Shown: positions 25,007 to 36,393, counted from the stretch's first letter. The stretch: DNA of 64,000 nt from Bilabrum cf. latius (GCA_965178125.1 OZ237758.1:868001-932000), one strand, 5' to 3'. The notes: generated by a model not told the origin, from the sequence alone. Translations and numbers: made by a program.

Positions 25007-25546
25007 TTAATGGACAGCCTTCTGGATCGCAGGCAGGCACGTGTTGCCGGTCATGCCGCGCGTTTGCGGCTTCCAGCGCCCGCGACCTCCGGTAGAACGG
25101 CACTCCACCTGCCGGCTTCGCTTTTGCTCTTGATGTGTTTTTGCTTCTCAGCTTGCTGGTTGTACGCAATGACGTAAACCACTCTCGCTGAGCTTTGGTG
25201 CTGCAACTGCAGTGCATTGGAGCGCCCCGTGCTGGTGGGGGCTCGCTATGCTCGGGTTGTAGCCTCCTGCGATGACTTTGCCGTTCAGCCATTGGGAGAC
25301 CATGGTTCCCCATTTGCACCTCGGCGTCGTCTAGGAGACTGGTGGCCGGCAGCAGGGCCGTCCGTTGGCTCTCGAGGATTCGAAGCCTGCAGTGCGGACT
25401 GCACCTTTCGCTGCCGTGCCTCCAGTTCCACCTCTTTGCTCGTGTGTCTCTTGATCCGGATACACAATTGCTAGCTTGTTAAGATTCTTGCAATCATCCG
25501 ATCGTACGCAATCGCATTAATCGCGGTGCAAATCCCCTCAAGGGAC

Positions 25547-27265
25547 TCAAGAGTTCGGACACACGTTCCTGGGCACGGGCCCGATGTCCTCGTGCGAGAC
25601 GACCTGCCCCTCCGCCCGCAGCCCTGCCTGCAGCCGCCCCACGTCCACGTCCTGCACCACCACTGCTCCCTCCCTCAGCCCCTCCAATCCCCTCTCCTGG
25701 TGCTCGAGGGCGAGGTGGGCCGCCAGCCCGGCCGCCTGCCCCAGCGCCATCCACGTGGGCTCCAGCCGGACAGAGGCGAAGCCCACGTGGGAGGCGCTCA
25801 GGGGAACCGGGGAGAGAAGGTTCGTCACGTGTTCCCTGCGGGGCACGATGGAACGGTAGGGGATCTCAAACCACGCGGGCAGCTTGTTCCCCGGACCCGA
25901 TTCCGGCTCCGAGTCCTCCCTCAGGTCGCAGTGCACGCCCTCGTTGTGCACCCACCCCGCCTGGCTGGAAGGCATGGCGTACCGCTGGGAGTCGTGGGAA
26001 TCCAGGGAGTAGGACCCCACAGCAATGGAGTCGTTCTTGGTGGGAGTGTCCGCGCGATCGTGCTGCGTTAGGACGTGCTCACCCACCATGCGGCGTCCCT
26101 CCCGCACGTACAGCTGTGGCGGGAATCCACCGGTGGACTCCCACTCGTCCTTGCAGTACCCGTACGTCCCTGCCTCCGCCCGCATCTCCTGGGGAACACC
26201 GGGGTCGGTCATGAGGAACCAGAGGTAGCCTCGGGTGTAGGACTGGTGGTACTGGATCACCTGCTGTCGCTGGGCCCAGGTGGCATTGGGGTAGTAGAAC
26301 GGCGGCATGCCGGGCGCGGGCCAGGTGCCCCCGATCACGTCCAGTGACACTGCATCGCCAACGTTCCAGTCGGTCTTACCCTTCGGCAGGTTGTGGATCG
26401 TGATTGCTTTCCGCAGCGAGTCCTTGCCCCAGGCGGCATAGTACCTCCTGGCCAGCTCCCACGTGTGCGGGTCGTAGTCGGCGGGTTTCGTGACGGGGAT
26501 CCTGTTGCTCGATACGTTCGTCATGCACAGCCTGTAGCACATGGACTGCACTTTGAGGTCGGCGCCGCCCACCTCTCCCGGATCGACCGCGTTGATGAGC
26601 GGCAGCAGCGTCTTGCCGTCGGACTCGAAGTGGTCCGGCACGGGGGCCTGGAACTCGTACCGGTTGCCCGGGCAAGGTGGGAGCACGCCGGCGGACGACT
26701 CGCCGTACTGGGAGGAGGACTCCCGGCCGAACACTGTCTCGGCAGGAGAGGCCGCGATCAGGTCGCCCTCGTATGTCCCGTCGATCCACACCGAGGCCTT
26801 GTACTCGTCCCCGGACTCTGTCTGGATCGAATCGATGGAGCGGCTGCCCGCCGGCCCAGCAGACGTGCTGATCCGTGCCAGCTTCGCATTTGTCTTGACC
26901 TGAAGCTTCGAGCCGCTGAGAAGGTCCTGGAATGCTTCGGATGCCACGTGCGGCTCAAAGTCCCAGCAGGCTATGTTGGATTGGTTCGAGTAGCGCTCGC
27001 CGATGGCTCGAAAGAGGTCCATGGCAAGTCCACCCGTGACATTCGGGTACCCGATGTCGGTATGAGATAGACCTCCCGTGACCATGCCCCCTACCCAGCC
27101 AGTAGGCTCGAGAATAGTCACAGAACGCCCGTGTTTCGCTGCTTCAACCGCTGCCATGAGTCCCCCCGGCGTCGCCCCATAGACGACTACATCGCTCTGT
27201 ACCGCGGCGGAGTGGCATGAAGCGATACTCAGGCATATGGCAATGCTTGCGCACGCTAGGCGCAT
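25547..27265 (-). CDS. Secreted FAD-dependent oxidoreductase (FAD_oxidored-like family), intronless
   Basis: Signal peptide, then DVVVYGATPGGLMAAVEAA (Rossmann fold), GGMVTGGL, WIDGTYEGDL, QLYVREGRRMVG, IPYRSIVP and SASHVGFASVRLEPTWM. Ends TGA. Confidence 0.9.
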   Translation of the reverse strand: MRLACASIAICLSIASCHSAAVQSDVVVYGATPGGLMAAVEAAKHGRSVTILEPTGWVGGMVTGGLSHTDIGYPNVTGGLAMDLFRAIGERYSNQSNIACWDFEPHVASEAFQDLLSGSKLQVKTNAKLARISTSAGPAGSRSIDSIQTESGDEYKASVWIDGTYEGDLIAASPAETVFGRESSSQYGESSAGVLPPCPGNRYEFQAPVPDHFESDGKTLLPLINAVDPGEVGGADLKVQSMCYRLCMTNVSSNRIPVTKPADYDPHTWELARRYYAAWGKDSLRKAITIHNLPKGKTDWNVGDAVSLDVIGGTWPAPGMPPFYYPNATWAQRQQVIQYHQSYTRGYLWFLMTDPGVPQEMRAEAGTYGYCKDEWESTGGFPPQLYVREGRRMVGEHVLTQHDRADTPTKNDSIAVGSYSLDSHDSQRYAMPSSQAGWVHNEGVHCDLREDSEPESGPGNKLPAWFEIPYRSIVPRREHVTNLLSPVPLSASHVGFASVRLEPTWMALGQAAGLAAHLALEHQERGLEGLREGAVVVQDVDVGRLQAGLRAEGQVVSHEDIGPVPRNVCPNS

Positions 27266-27472
27266 TTCTCGAAGTGGCTGTGGAGGCAATAGAAGTGCAT
27301 GGCAAGATTCAAGATGAAGATTTCAGTCCACCGAAGCGCATGAAACCGTTCGCACTTTATCCCGCGGAGCGCTCTTGTCTGCCCGCGTATTCTTCAAGCA
27401 TACGGACTTCCACACGAGACTATATAATATTCCGATCGATTCCGCCACTAAACGGCCAAGAAATCTACGTTG

Positions 27473-30400
27473 ATGGCGAAGTCTAACCTATCCGGCAAGA
27501 ATGCTGAACTGGAGGGGTTGTCGCTGCACACGCGGCTAATATTGTGCGTTATGGCGGCCATGCTCCCATTTATGATTTTACTAGTAGTCATGGTAGCAGT
27601 GACGTTGAGTACACAGTTTCCAGAATGGATCAAGGCCACCGAGGAGTACATGATAGATGCAGAGTCCGAGCACTTGGGCCGTGTTGCCGTAGAACAGTCT
27701 GCGTTCGCAGATCTGTACCTGCAGCGCGTGCGAAATGGTTTGACTGGGCTCTGTGATTTCGCGGAGGGTCTGATGGACGGCACGATCGATCGGAACGCAA
27801 ACGTCCCGCTGTACTCGTCGACAGATGAAAACCCGACTGCCAACGTGCCGCGCTGGAGCGACGGCACCGAGCGCTCCAACGAAGTCACTGCGTGGTACGT
27901 GTGTGAACCGGGCACGGGACCCCCATCTGCGTCGTGCGGCGTGCAGGACACCGTTCCCCCGAGGGCAGAGGAGAAGCTGCGCCGCGTGGCTCCTGCCGTG
28001 CTCGCCTTCCGGTCCATGCTCGTGGGGCAGCTGCCGGAGGGCAGGGGCGGCTTCTGGTCCGTCTCCTTCGAGGAGGATGGTGCCATGGCCGTGTTCCCTT
28101 ACCTGCAGCTGGCCGGGTTCAGGGACTGGGAGGGCCCCTGCTCGCCCATCGGGATCTTCCCCGCAGCGGAGCAGAGCGAGGGATACTCGGGGCCGGAGGC
28201 GAAGCGCGGGTACGATCCCCGGTGCAGGCCCTGGTACTCGCAGGCCAAGGAGGCGAACGGTAGGGTGCAGTTTACGGATCCGTATTTCTTCGCCGGGGCT
28301 CGATCAGAGGGGCCAGAGCTGGGTGTGACGGCCAGCGTGAGCATGCGGGGTCCCCGGTCGCTGCTTGACGGAACGTTCGTCGACGGCGGGATCGACGGTG
28401 GTTACAACCGGAGCGACCCCTCGTCGATGCCAGAGAACAGCTACGTGGCCTTCGAGGAGACCACGCAGACTGCCGGTGTGTGCATGGTGGACTTCTCCAT
28501 GAACGAGATCGACGTGAGGGCGAGGCAGAGGAAGCTTTCGGGGGGGTACGGCTTCATCTTCGTGGCCTCCACAGGAAACGCAGTGGTGCACCCCGCCCTG
28601 GACTGGGCCCAGGAGACGGAGGCGCGGTCCGTGGCGGGGTTCGAGTTCCCCGGGGAGGACACCGGCGGGGCGGGGTACACGGGGTTCGAGGAGGCTGTGC
28701 TGGAGCCCGCGCGGCAGTTCCGGAACGAGGAGGGTCAGGCGAGGTACACGAAAGGGGGCAAGCAGTGGCTGGCCGCCTGGGGTCCTCTGCCGTCGAGCGG
28801 GTACGTGCTGGCCGTGACAGTGCCCGAGGAGGACGTCAGGGAGCCTTTCGAGACGGCGAGGGAGGCCATCAACTTGCAGGTGCTGCTGCAGGTGATCATC
28901 TCTGCCGTGGCGGTCCTGGTGACGGGGCTCGTCAGCGCCTACTTGGGGAGCGTGGTGGCCGCTCAGGTGGTGGAGCCGGTGCTTCAGCTGAATGCGGTGG
29001 TGGACAACATCAACAACGCCAAGTTTGACGGGGAGCTGCCCCCCTTTGACCCCACCACCTCGGAGATGCAGCACCTGGAGAGCGTCTTCAGGGGGTTCTA
29101 CTCCCTCCTGCAGTTCGCCAACGCGAGGGTGTTCGAGGGAGACGCGGAGCAGGCCGAGATGGTGTTTCGCCGGGCGCTGTCCACCTTTGACCAGATCGGG
29201 AACGAGAGGGGGAAGGGCCTCTGCCTCAACAACCTGGGCGGGGTGCTGCTGCAGAAGGGCAGGGCGCACTACGACGAGGCCGTGGGGCTGTTCAGGCACG
29301 CCGTGGAGCAGGCGCAGTCTGCCACGCACCGCTTCTACCAGGCGCAGGACGCCGCCAAGCAGGCGGACAAGGAGGCCAGGGAGAGGGAGTGGATGGAGCA
29401 GCAGGCGAACCTGAATGGGATGGGGGCGGGTCTCCCCTCCCAGACGATGAGTTCCACCGGGGGCGGCCTGCCTCCCCGGATAGGCCGAGAGGAGACGGAG
29501 GAGGTGGGCTTTGGGATGCCGGGGACGAGGGCGGCGCCCGTGGCCCCGGGGCAGAGCCTCGCTGGCGTGGCCGCGGCGCAGGGCAAGGCGCTTCCCACGG
29601 GGCAGCAGGAGCTGGCCGCGGACGAGCGGGGTGGCATGTCGGACATCGAGCAGGGCGCGGGGATGGGGGGCGATTTCCAGGGGTTCCAGGGGGATTCCCC
29701 TGCGGCGCACTCCACCATGGAGCTGGCCCGGCAGGAGGCGAGGAGGAGAGCGAATCTGGCCATGGCGCTGCAGGCCCGGGCACTCATGGACAGGGCCGAT
29801 CTCGTGGAGGCGGCCGAGCAGCTGCTGCTGGCGGGGGGCATCGTGCAGTGGCTGGCGCAGCACCACGTGCCTTTGCCCACCCCCGAGGAACAGAAGCGAC
29901 TGCCTGCCGGGATCACCGCCCCCATGGCGCAGCAGGGAGTCTTCCTTGCCCTCAAGCGGTGGCAGCTAGGCCTGGCATGCAGCCGAGTGGCTGCACTCGC
30001 CCAGCACCTCTGGTACCAGGAGGACATGCCGCCCCGTGCTCGCAGCAGGAGCATGCGGGCGGGACAGGAGATGATCTACACGATGAGGCACGGGCACCCG
30101 CCCGAGCCCGGCGCGCCTTTGCCCATGCTGAGCGTGGAGCTGGTGAAAGACGCGGCCGAGATGGCCAGGTCCCTGTGGCGCGAGTTTCACCACTACACGG
30201 AGCACGCCTCCCCGCAGGTCGCCAGGGAACTGTTTGGGAGGGCCCCTGTGCACCACCTGCGGCGGCTGGTGGGGGGCGGGTCAGGGGGTGGCAAAACCGG
30301 CGGCTTTGGCCGGGTGGCAGGCGCAAGCGACACGTCCGACGACACGAGCGGGGACAGGGGTGACTATGACGACGCGAGCGTGAGCGAATCGGAGGGTGCA

Positions 30401-31264
30401 GGTGCAGGCACAGGCGCAGGGGCGGCCGCAAGGGCAGGGCAGGAGAGGTTCATCCCCGGCGTGGTGCCCGAGCTGAAGGACGCGACTCAGATGCGGGTGG
30501 TGATCATGGAGGCGTGGCTCGCCGCGGTGGAGGGACGGCTGGCGGTGACGCTGCAGCTGCTGCGGCAGTCGTTCCTGGAGCCCGAGTACATCGACCCGGG
30601 GGTGTCCAGAGAGGGCCTCAAGCTCATGGGGGCGGTGCTGGAGCGGTGCGGGGTGCAGGGGGGGAAGGACCTGTGCAGCGGCAGCGGGCCCCAGCCCAGG
30701 GACGTGGCGCTGGTGATCGACAGGTCGGGCAGCATGGCGGGGGGCAGGATGAGGAGGGTCAAGGCCGCCCTCGAGACGCTGGTGGGCGAGCACGTGAGCG
30801 ACAGGGACCACGTCGCGGTGGTGGGGTTTAACGAGAAAGTGCACGTTTCAATGCCGTACCGGCACCTGGGCAGCAGCAAGGCCCAGGTGCAGGCGGCCAT
30901 CGAGGAGGTCTGCAAGCCCGGGGGCGGCACGGCCATGTACGACGCACTGGCGCAGGTGCTGCGCGGGCTGGAGGGGGAGGACCGGACCAGGATGAACTAC
31001 GTGGTGTGTCTCACGGACGGAGAGGACTCCAATTCCAAGCAGACGGCAAACCAGGTGAGGCGCATGCTGGCGCAGCGCACGTCCACGACGCTCATCATCG
31101 TGAGCGTGGGCCGGCTGGAGACCGAGGCTAGCATCCGGTCGCTGTGCGAGGCCTCCAAGGGAGGGGCCCTGGTGACGGCGGAGAACAACGAGGCCATCGC
31201 GAGGGCCTTCAAGACGGTGAGCGAGCTGATCAACAAGCCGCAGACCACCTTCGAGGCCTACTGA
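27473..31264 (+). CDS. Membrane receptor-like protein: TM - dCache - TM - HAMP-like - TPR-like - C-terminal vWA
   Basis: Two TM helices flank YDPRCRPWY...FTDPY (Cache). VEPVLQLNAVVDNI is HAMP-like and GKGLCLNNLGGV is TPR-like. vWA MIDAS motif VIDRSGSM...GGTAMYDAL...CLTDGED. Ends TGA. Confidence 0.85.
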   Translation: MAKSNLSGKNAELEGLSLHTRLILCVMAAMLPFMILLVVMVAVTLSTQFPEWIKATEEYMIDAESEHLGRVAVEQSAFADLYLQRVRNGLTGLCDFAEGLMDGTIDRNANVPLYSSTDENPTANVPRWSDGTERSNEVTAWYVCEPGTGPPSASCGVQDTVPPRAEEKLRRVAPAVLAFRSMLVGQLPEGRGGFWSVSFEEDGAMAVFPYLQLAGFRDWEGPCSPIGIFPAAEQSEGYSGPEAKRGYDPRCRPWYSQAKEANGRVQFTDPYFFAGARSEGPELGVTASVSMRGPRSLLDGTFVDGGIDGGYNRSDPSSMPENSYVAFEETTQTAGVCMVDFSMNEIDVRARQRKLSGGYGFIFVASTGNAVVHPALDWAQETEARSVAGFEFPGEDTGGAGYTGFEEAVLEPARQFRNEEGQARYTKGGKQWLAAWGPLPSSGYVLAVTVPEEDVREPFETAREAINLQVLLQVIISAVAVLVTGLVSAYLGSVVAAQVVEPVLQLNAVVDNINNAKFDGELPPFDPTTSEMQHLESVFRGFYSLLQFANARVFEGDAEQAEMVFRRALSTFDQIGNERGKGLCLNNLGGVLLQKGRAHYDEAVGLFRHAVEQAQSATHRFYQAQDAAKQADKEAREREWMEQQANLNGMGAGLPSQTMSSTGGGLPPRIGREETEEVGFGMPGTRAAPVAPGQSLAGVAAAQGKALPTGQQELAADERGGMSDIEQGAGMGGDFQGFQGDSPAAHSTMELARQEARRRANLAMALQARALMDRADLVEAAEQLLLAGGIVQWLAQHHVPLPTPEEQKRLPAGITAPMAQQGVFLALKRWQLGLACSRVAALAQHLWYQEDMPPRARSRSMRAGQEMIYTMRHGHPPEPGAPLPMLSVELVKDAAEMARSLWREFHHYTEHASPQVARELFGRAPVHHLRRLVGGGSGGGKTGGFGRVAGASDTSDDTSGDRGDYDDASVSESEGAGAGTGAGAAARAGQERFIPGVVPELKDATQMRVVIMEAWLAAVEGRLAVTLQLLRQSFLEPEYIDPGVSREGLKLMGAVLERCGVQGGKDLCSGSGPQPRDVALVIDRSGSMAGGRMRRVKAALETLVGEHVSDRDHVAVVGFNEKVHVSMPYRHLGSSKAQVQAAIEEVCKPGGGTAMYDALAQVLRGLEGEDRTRMNYVVCLTDGEDSNSKQTANQVRRMLAQRTSTTLIIVSVGRLETEASIRSLCEASKGGALVTAENNEAIARAFKTVSELINKPQTTFEAY

Positions 31265-31783
31265 GGAGCGGGTCGTGTGTTGCGGTGTGGGGGTGGAAGG
31301 TGGGGGAGTTCCGTGGTTCGTTGGATAATGTTGCCCTTGGAGTCGAGTTGACGCAGTGACTGAGTCTTCTGGGGATGGGAGTGCGAGCCAGTCGGTTGGT
31401 TGGTCTGGCGCAAGACTGCAGGGTTGCCGACGCTTGAGTACTCTGTTTCTGTCAGCTTCGGAACTTGAAGAGGAGCGGCACAAATCTCGAGCTGGTCGGA
31501 GGATGGGCTATGACATGGCTACCGCCGCAATATCAAATGGTTAACTAGCTATTCAATGGCAACTGCTTTCAGTAGAATACACCAGACATGACAACAACTA
31601 TTCGCAGTCATTGGAGTCATCATCAGACGCACTTGCTTTTTTGTAACGATTAGTTATGACTTGAAGCAAATCCCGCTAAGACTGTGCTCACTCACTTTCG
31701 ACAGCCATTCAATGCGAACGAAAAACCTACAGCACCTCATAGCTCGCTGTAGATCAGCACGGGTATCATGCAATACTGTCTCC

Positions 31784-32617
31784 ATGCAAGGCATAGTCCG
31801 ATTGAGGCTTGTCTCCAAGGTTTCGAAGGCCGCTCGTTGTGCTCGCAGCAACAATGCTCGGGTACCTCCTGAGCCAACTGAGGACATGGAGTCTACGCAA
31901 AGCCCCAGTATTTGGGAATGGATGTATAAGTAGAAGGATGCAGTCAGCAGAGAGGCTGTGGGAACCGCTGGTGCTGTTTTAACATCAACCGTATTTGGCG
32001 TGTCGCACGCAGTCAAGGCTTGGGTGTCTCTGGCATCAAAGGAAGACTTGAATGAAGTGAAGAAAGATGCTTCGCAGAGGTTCGGCAGGCTCGAGGACAA
32101 GGTCGATAAGCTTGCATCAAAGGAAGACTTGAATGAAGTCAAGAAAGATGCTTCGCAGAGGTTAGACAGGCTCGAGGACAAGGTCGATAAGCTTGCATCA
32201 AAGGAAGACTTGAATGAAGTCAAGATGAGGTTCGGCAAGCTCGAGGACAAGGTCGACAAGCTCGAGGACAAGGTCGACAAGCTCGAGGACAAGGTCGACA
32301 AGCTTGCATCAAAGGAAGACTTGCATGAAGTCAAGAAAGATGTTTCGCAAAGGTTCGACAGCGTCAACAAGACGATGGATTCTCAGAGACTTGAAATCGA
32401 AAGCAAAATCGATCAGGTAAAAACAGACGTGCAAGGCAACATGAACCGGTGGGGGTTCATATTCCTCTTGGTCTTGGCCGTGGCTTCGAGTTGGGAATTT
32501 TGGCCAAGTCGCAGCGCGCGTCAGGCTGGTAGCAAGTCAGTCGCCGGTCTCGTATGCCATGATGGAACAGGTGAAGGGGAGATTCGTGCGGAGGTCCAGG
32601 CTGGTGGACGCACTTGA
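31784..32617 (+). CDS. Coiled-coil repeat protein with C-terminal TM (DUF1640/CCDC90-like architecture), possible mitochondrial presequence; 1 in-frame TAG
   Basis: Arg-rich N-terminus MQGIVRLRLVSKVSKAAR. TAG at 31931. 81-bp LASKEDLNEVKKD...LEDKVDK repeats and a WGFIFLLVLAVA helix. Ends TGA. Confidence 0.6.
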
Positions 32618-32865
32618 TGCGACCTGTGCAATCACGAGCTTCATGTTGCCAGGGGCCCCCGGGCGACGTTGGCCTTGTTGCAACGAATACAAAGGAAATT
32701 CATTTCAGATCGGAACGTGCGTGCAATCTAGCCTTTTATCATTCCTACCCGTGTCCCATAATGCAGTCTCGTTGTTCTTACGTAGTACTACTAGTAGGCT
32801 ACTAGAAAGGGCTTGGGCCCATCAGACCTGAGCAGACGGGGTTCGAGATTTGATCATTTTTGGAG

Positions 32866-35800
32866 CCTCGTGCCCCTTCTCGCTCGTGCCCCTCCTCGTA
32901 CCCCTCCTCGTACCCCTCCTCGCTCGTATCCCTCCTCGCTCGTACCCCTCCTCGCTCGTGCCCCTCCTCGTACCCCTCCTCGTACCCCTCCTCGTACCCC
33001 TCCTCGCTCGTACCCCTCCTCGCTCGTACCCCTCCTCGCTCGTACCCCTCCTCGCTCGTATCCCTCCTCGCTCGTACCCCTCCTCGCTCGTACCCCTCCT
33101 CGTACCCCTCCTCGTACCCCTCCTCGCTCGTACCCCTCCTCGCTCGTACCCCTCCTCGTACCCCTCGCTCGTACCCCTCCTCGCTCGTACCCCTCCTCGC
33201 TCGTACCCCTCCTCGCTCGTACCCCTCCTCGCTCGTACCCCTCCTCGCTCGTACCCCTCCTCGTACCCCTCCTCGTACCCCTCCTCGTACCCCTCCTCGC
33301 TCGTACCCCTCCTCATTCGTACCCCTCGCTCGTACCCCTCCTCGCTCGTACCCCTCCTCGCTCGTACCCCTCCTCGTTCGTACCCCTCCTCGTACCCCTC
33401 CTCGTACCCCTCCTCGCTCGTACCCCTCCTCGTACCCCTCCTCGTTCGTACCCCTCCTCGCTCGTACCCCTCCTCGCTCGTACCCCTCCTCGCTCATACC
33501 CCTTCTCGCTCTTACCCCTCCTCGCTCGTACCCCTCCTCGCTCGTACCCCTCCTCGTACCCCTCCTCGTTCGTACCCCTCCTCGCTCGTACCCCTCCTCG
33601 CTCGTATCCCTCCTCGCTCGTACCCCTCCTCGTACCCCTCCTCGTACCCCTCCTCGCTCGTACCCCTCCTCGTACCCTTCGCTCGTACCCCTCCTCGCTC
33701 GTACCCCTCCTCGTTCGTACCCCTCCTCGCTCGTATCCCTCCTCGCTCGTACCCCTCCTCGTACCCCTCCTCGCTCGTACCCCTCCTCCTCGTACCCCTC
33801 CTCGCTCGTACCCCTCCTCGCTCGTACCCCTCCTCACTCGTATCCCTCCTCGCTCGTACCCCTCCTCGTACCCCTCCTCGCTCGTACCCCTCCTCATACC
33901 CCTTCTCGCTCGTACCCCTCCTCGCTCGTACCCCTCCTCGTACCCCTCGCTCGTACCCCTCACTCGTACCCCTCGTTCGTACCCTTCGCTTGTGCCCCTC
34001 CTCGCTCGTGCCCCTCCTCGCTCGTACCCCTCCTCGTACCCCTCCTCGCTCGTACCCCTCCTCGCTCGTACCCCTCCTCGTTCGTACCCCTCCTCATACC
34101 CCTCCTCGCTCGTACCCCTCCTCGTACCCCTCCTCGCTCGTACCCCTCCTCGTTCGTACCCCTCCTCATACCCCTCCTCGCTCGTACCCCTCGCTCGTAC
34201 ACCTCATTCGTACCCCTCCTCGCTCGTACCCCTCCTCGCTCGTACCCCTCCTCATACCCCTCCTCGTTCGTACCCCTCCTCGTACCCCTCCTCGTACCCC
34301 TCCTCGCTCGTACCCCTCCTCGCTCGTACCCCTCGTTCGTACCCCTCCTCATACCCCTCCTCGCTCGTACCCCTCCTCGCTCGTACCCCTCATTCGTACC
34401 CCTCCTCGCTCGTACCCCTCCTCGCTCGTACCCCTCCTCGTACCCCTCCTCGCTCGTACCCCTCCTCGCTCGTACCCCTCCTCGTACCCTTCGCTCGTAT
34501 CCCTCCTCGCTCGTACCCCTCCTCGCTCGTATCCCTCCTCGCTGGTACCCCTCCTCGCTCGTACCCCTCCTCGCTCGTACCCCTCCTCGCTCGTACCCCT
34601 CCTCGCTCGTACCCCTCCTCGCTCGTACCCCTCCTCGTACCCTTCGCTCGTATCCCTCCTCGCTCGTACCCCTCCTCGCTCGTACCCCTCCTCGTACCCC
34701 TCCTCGCTCGTACCCCTCCTCGCTCGTACCCCTTCTCGCTCGTACCCCTCCTCGCTCGTACCCCTCCTCGTACCCCTCCTCGCTCGTACCCCTCCTCGCT
34801 CGTACCCCTCCTCGCTCGTACCCCTCCTCGCTCGTACCCCTCCTCGTTCGTACCCCTCGCTCGTACCCCTCATTCGTACCCCTCCTCGCTCGTACCCCTC
34901 CTCGCTCGTACCCCTTCTCGCTCGTACCCCTCCTCGCTCGTACCCCTCCTCGTTCGTACCCCTCCTCGTACCCCTCCTCGTACCCCTCCTCGCTCGTACC
35001 CCTTCTCGCTCGTACCCCTCGTTCGTACCCCTCCTCATACCCCTCCTCGCTCGTACCCCTCACTCGTATCCCTCCTCGCTCGTACCCCTCCTCGCTCGTA
35101 CCCCTCCTCGTACCCCTCCTCGCTCGTACCCCTCACTCGTATCCCTCCTCGCTCTTACCCCTCCTCGCTCGTACCCCTCCTCGCTCGTACCCCTCCTCGT
35201 TCGTACCCCTCCTCGTACCCCTCCTCGTACCCCTCCTCGCTCGTATCCCTCCTCGCTCGTACCCCTCGTTCGTACCCCTCCTCATACCCCTCCTCGCTCG
35301 TACCCCTCGCTCGTACCCCTCATTCGTACCCCTCCTCGCTCGTACCCCTCCTCGCTCGTACCCCTCCTCGTACCCCTCCTCGCTCGTACCCCTTCTCGCT
35401 CGTACCCCTCCTCGTTCGTACCCCTCCTCGTACCCCTCCTCGCTCGTACCCCTCCTCGCTCGTACCCCTTCTCGCTCTTACCCCTCCTCGCTCGTACCCC
35501 TCCTCGCTCGTACCCCTTCTCGCTCTTACCCCTCCTCGTTCGTACCCCTCCTCGTACCCCTCGCTCGTACCCCTCACTCGTACCCCTCCTCACTCGTGCC
35601 CCTCCTCGCTCGTACCCCTCCTCGCTCGTACCCCTCCTCGTTCGTACCCCTCCTCGTACCCCTCGCTCGTACCCCTCACTCGTACCCCTCCTCGCTCGTA
35701 CCCCTCCTCGCTCGTACCCCTCCTCGTACCCCTCCTCGTACCCCTTCTCATACCCCTTCTCGCTCGTACCCCTCCTCGTACCCCTTCTCATACCCCTCCT

Positions 35801-35901
35801 CGCTCGTACCCCTCCTCGCTCGTACCCCTCCTCGTACCCCTCCTCGTACCCCTCCTCGCTCGTACCCCTCCTCGCTCGTACCCCTCCTCGTTCGTACCCC
35901 T
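32866..35901. repeat. About 3-kb irregular satellite of 16-, 13- and 12-bp units (CCCCTCCTCGCTCGTA / CCCCTCGCTCGTA / CCCCTCCTCGTA)
   Basis: Continuous array with strong C/T versus G/A strand skew. Nearly every unit contains GTACCCC. Confidence 0.97.
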
Positions 35902-36037
35902 ACCGTGCACAGGCCGGGCGGGCCCCGGCCCGGCCCATGCCATTAGTGCCACAGTGATGCACTTGCCTCAAACTGCACTGCATTGCCACCGAACTCCGTG
36001 GCACCCAATCATTAGGATATCCATTGTCTCACAGCAT

Positions 36038-36337
36038 ATGTCAAATCGCGGAAGAGTGGTGATTGTTGCAGTTGTCGCAGGAACCCTGCTGGTATCTGCA
36101 TACGCTGCATATTTGCCCACCATGAGCCCAGAGGCACAGAAACGAAGACGGGAAAACGTGGCGAAGCGAATAAAGGCGAAACAGGAATTGTTGCGGCGCA
36201 AGCAGGCAGGACAGGATGTTGATGAAAGCAGCTTGGGACAGCCAAGACGATCAGGAGGTAGCATGTGGGGTGCAATGGGCACGCAAATGAAAAGTCAAGG
36301 GCAGTCAAGTAGTGATGAAGGTGATGGTCGCAGCTGA
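36038..36337 (+). CDS. Small single-TM protein (99 aa), unknown function
   Basis: ATG 36038 gives MSNRGRVVIVAVVAGTLLVSAYAAYL, followed by a basic region and a GGSMWGAM motif. Ends TGA. Confidence 0.55.
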   Translation: MSNRGRVVIVAVVAGTLLVSAYAAYLPTMSPEAQKRRRENVAKRIKAKQELLRRKQAGQDVDESSLGQPRRSGGSMWGAMGTQMKSQGQSSSDEGDGRS

Positions 36338-36393
36338 CACAACAGAAACCAGTCATTGGCAGAGTGCATGTACAGCGTTAAGAACTTTTCTAT

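Noticed and set aside
22517-35901. CRISPR-like interpretation of either repeat array
   Set aside because: There are no unique spacers and no cas genes, and the context is eukaryotic.
32802-36337. ORFs of over 1000 aa in all three forward frames and several reverse ORFs across the satellite
   Set aside because: The repeat units lack stop codons and vary in length (12, 13, 16 bp), so frame is not conserved. Only the unique 3' part (36038-36337) looks like a real gene.
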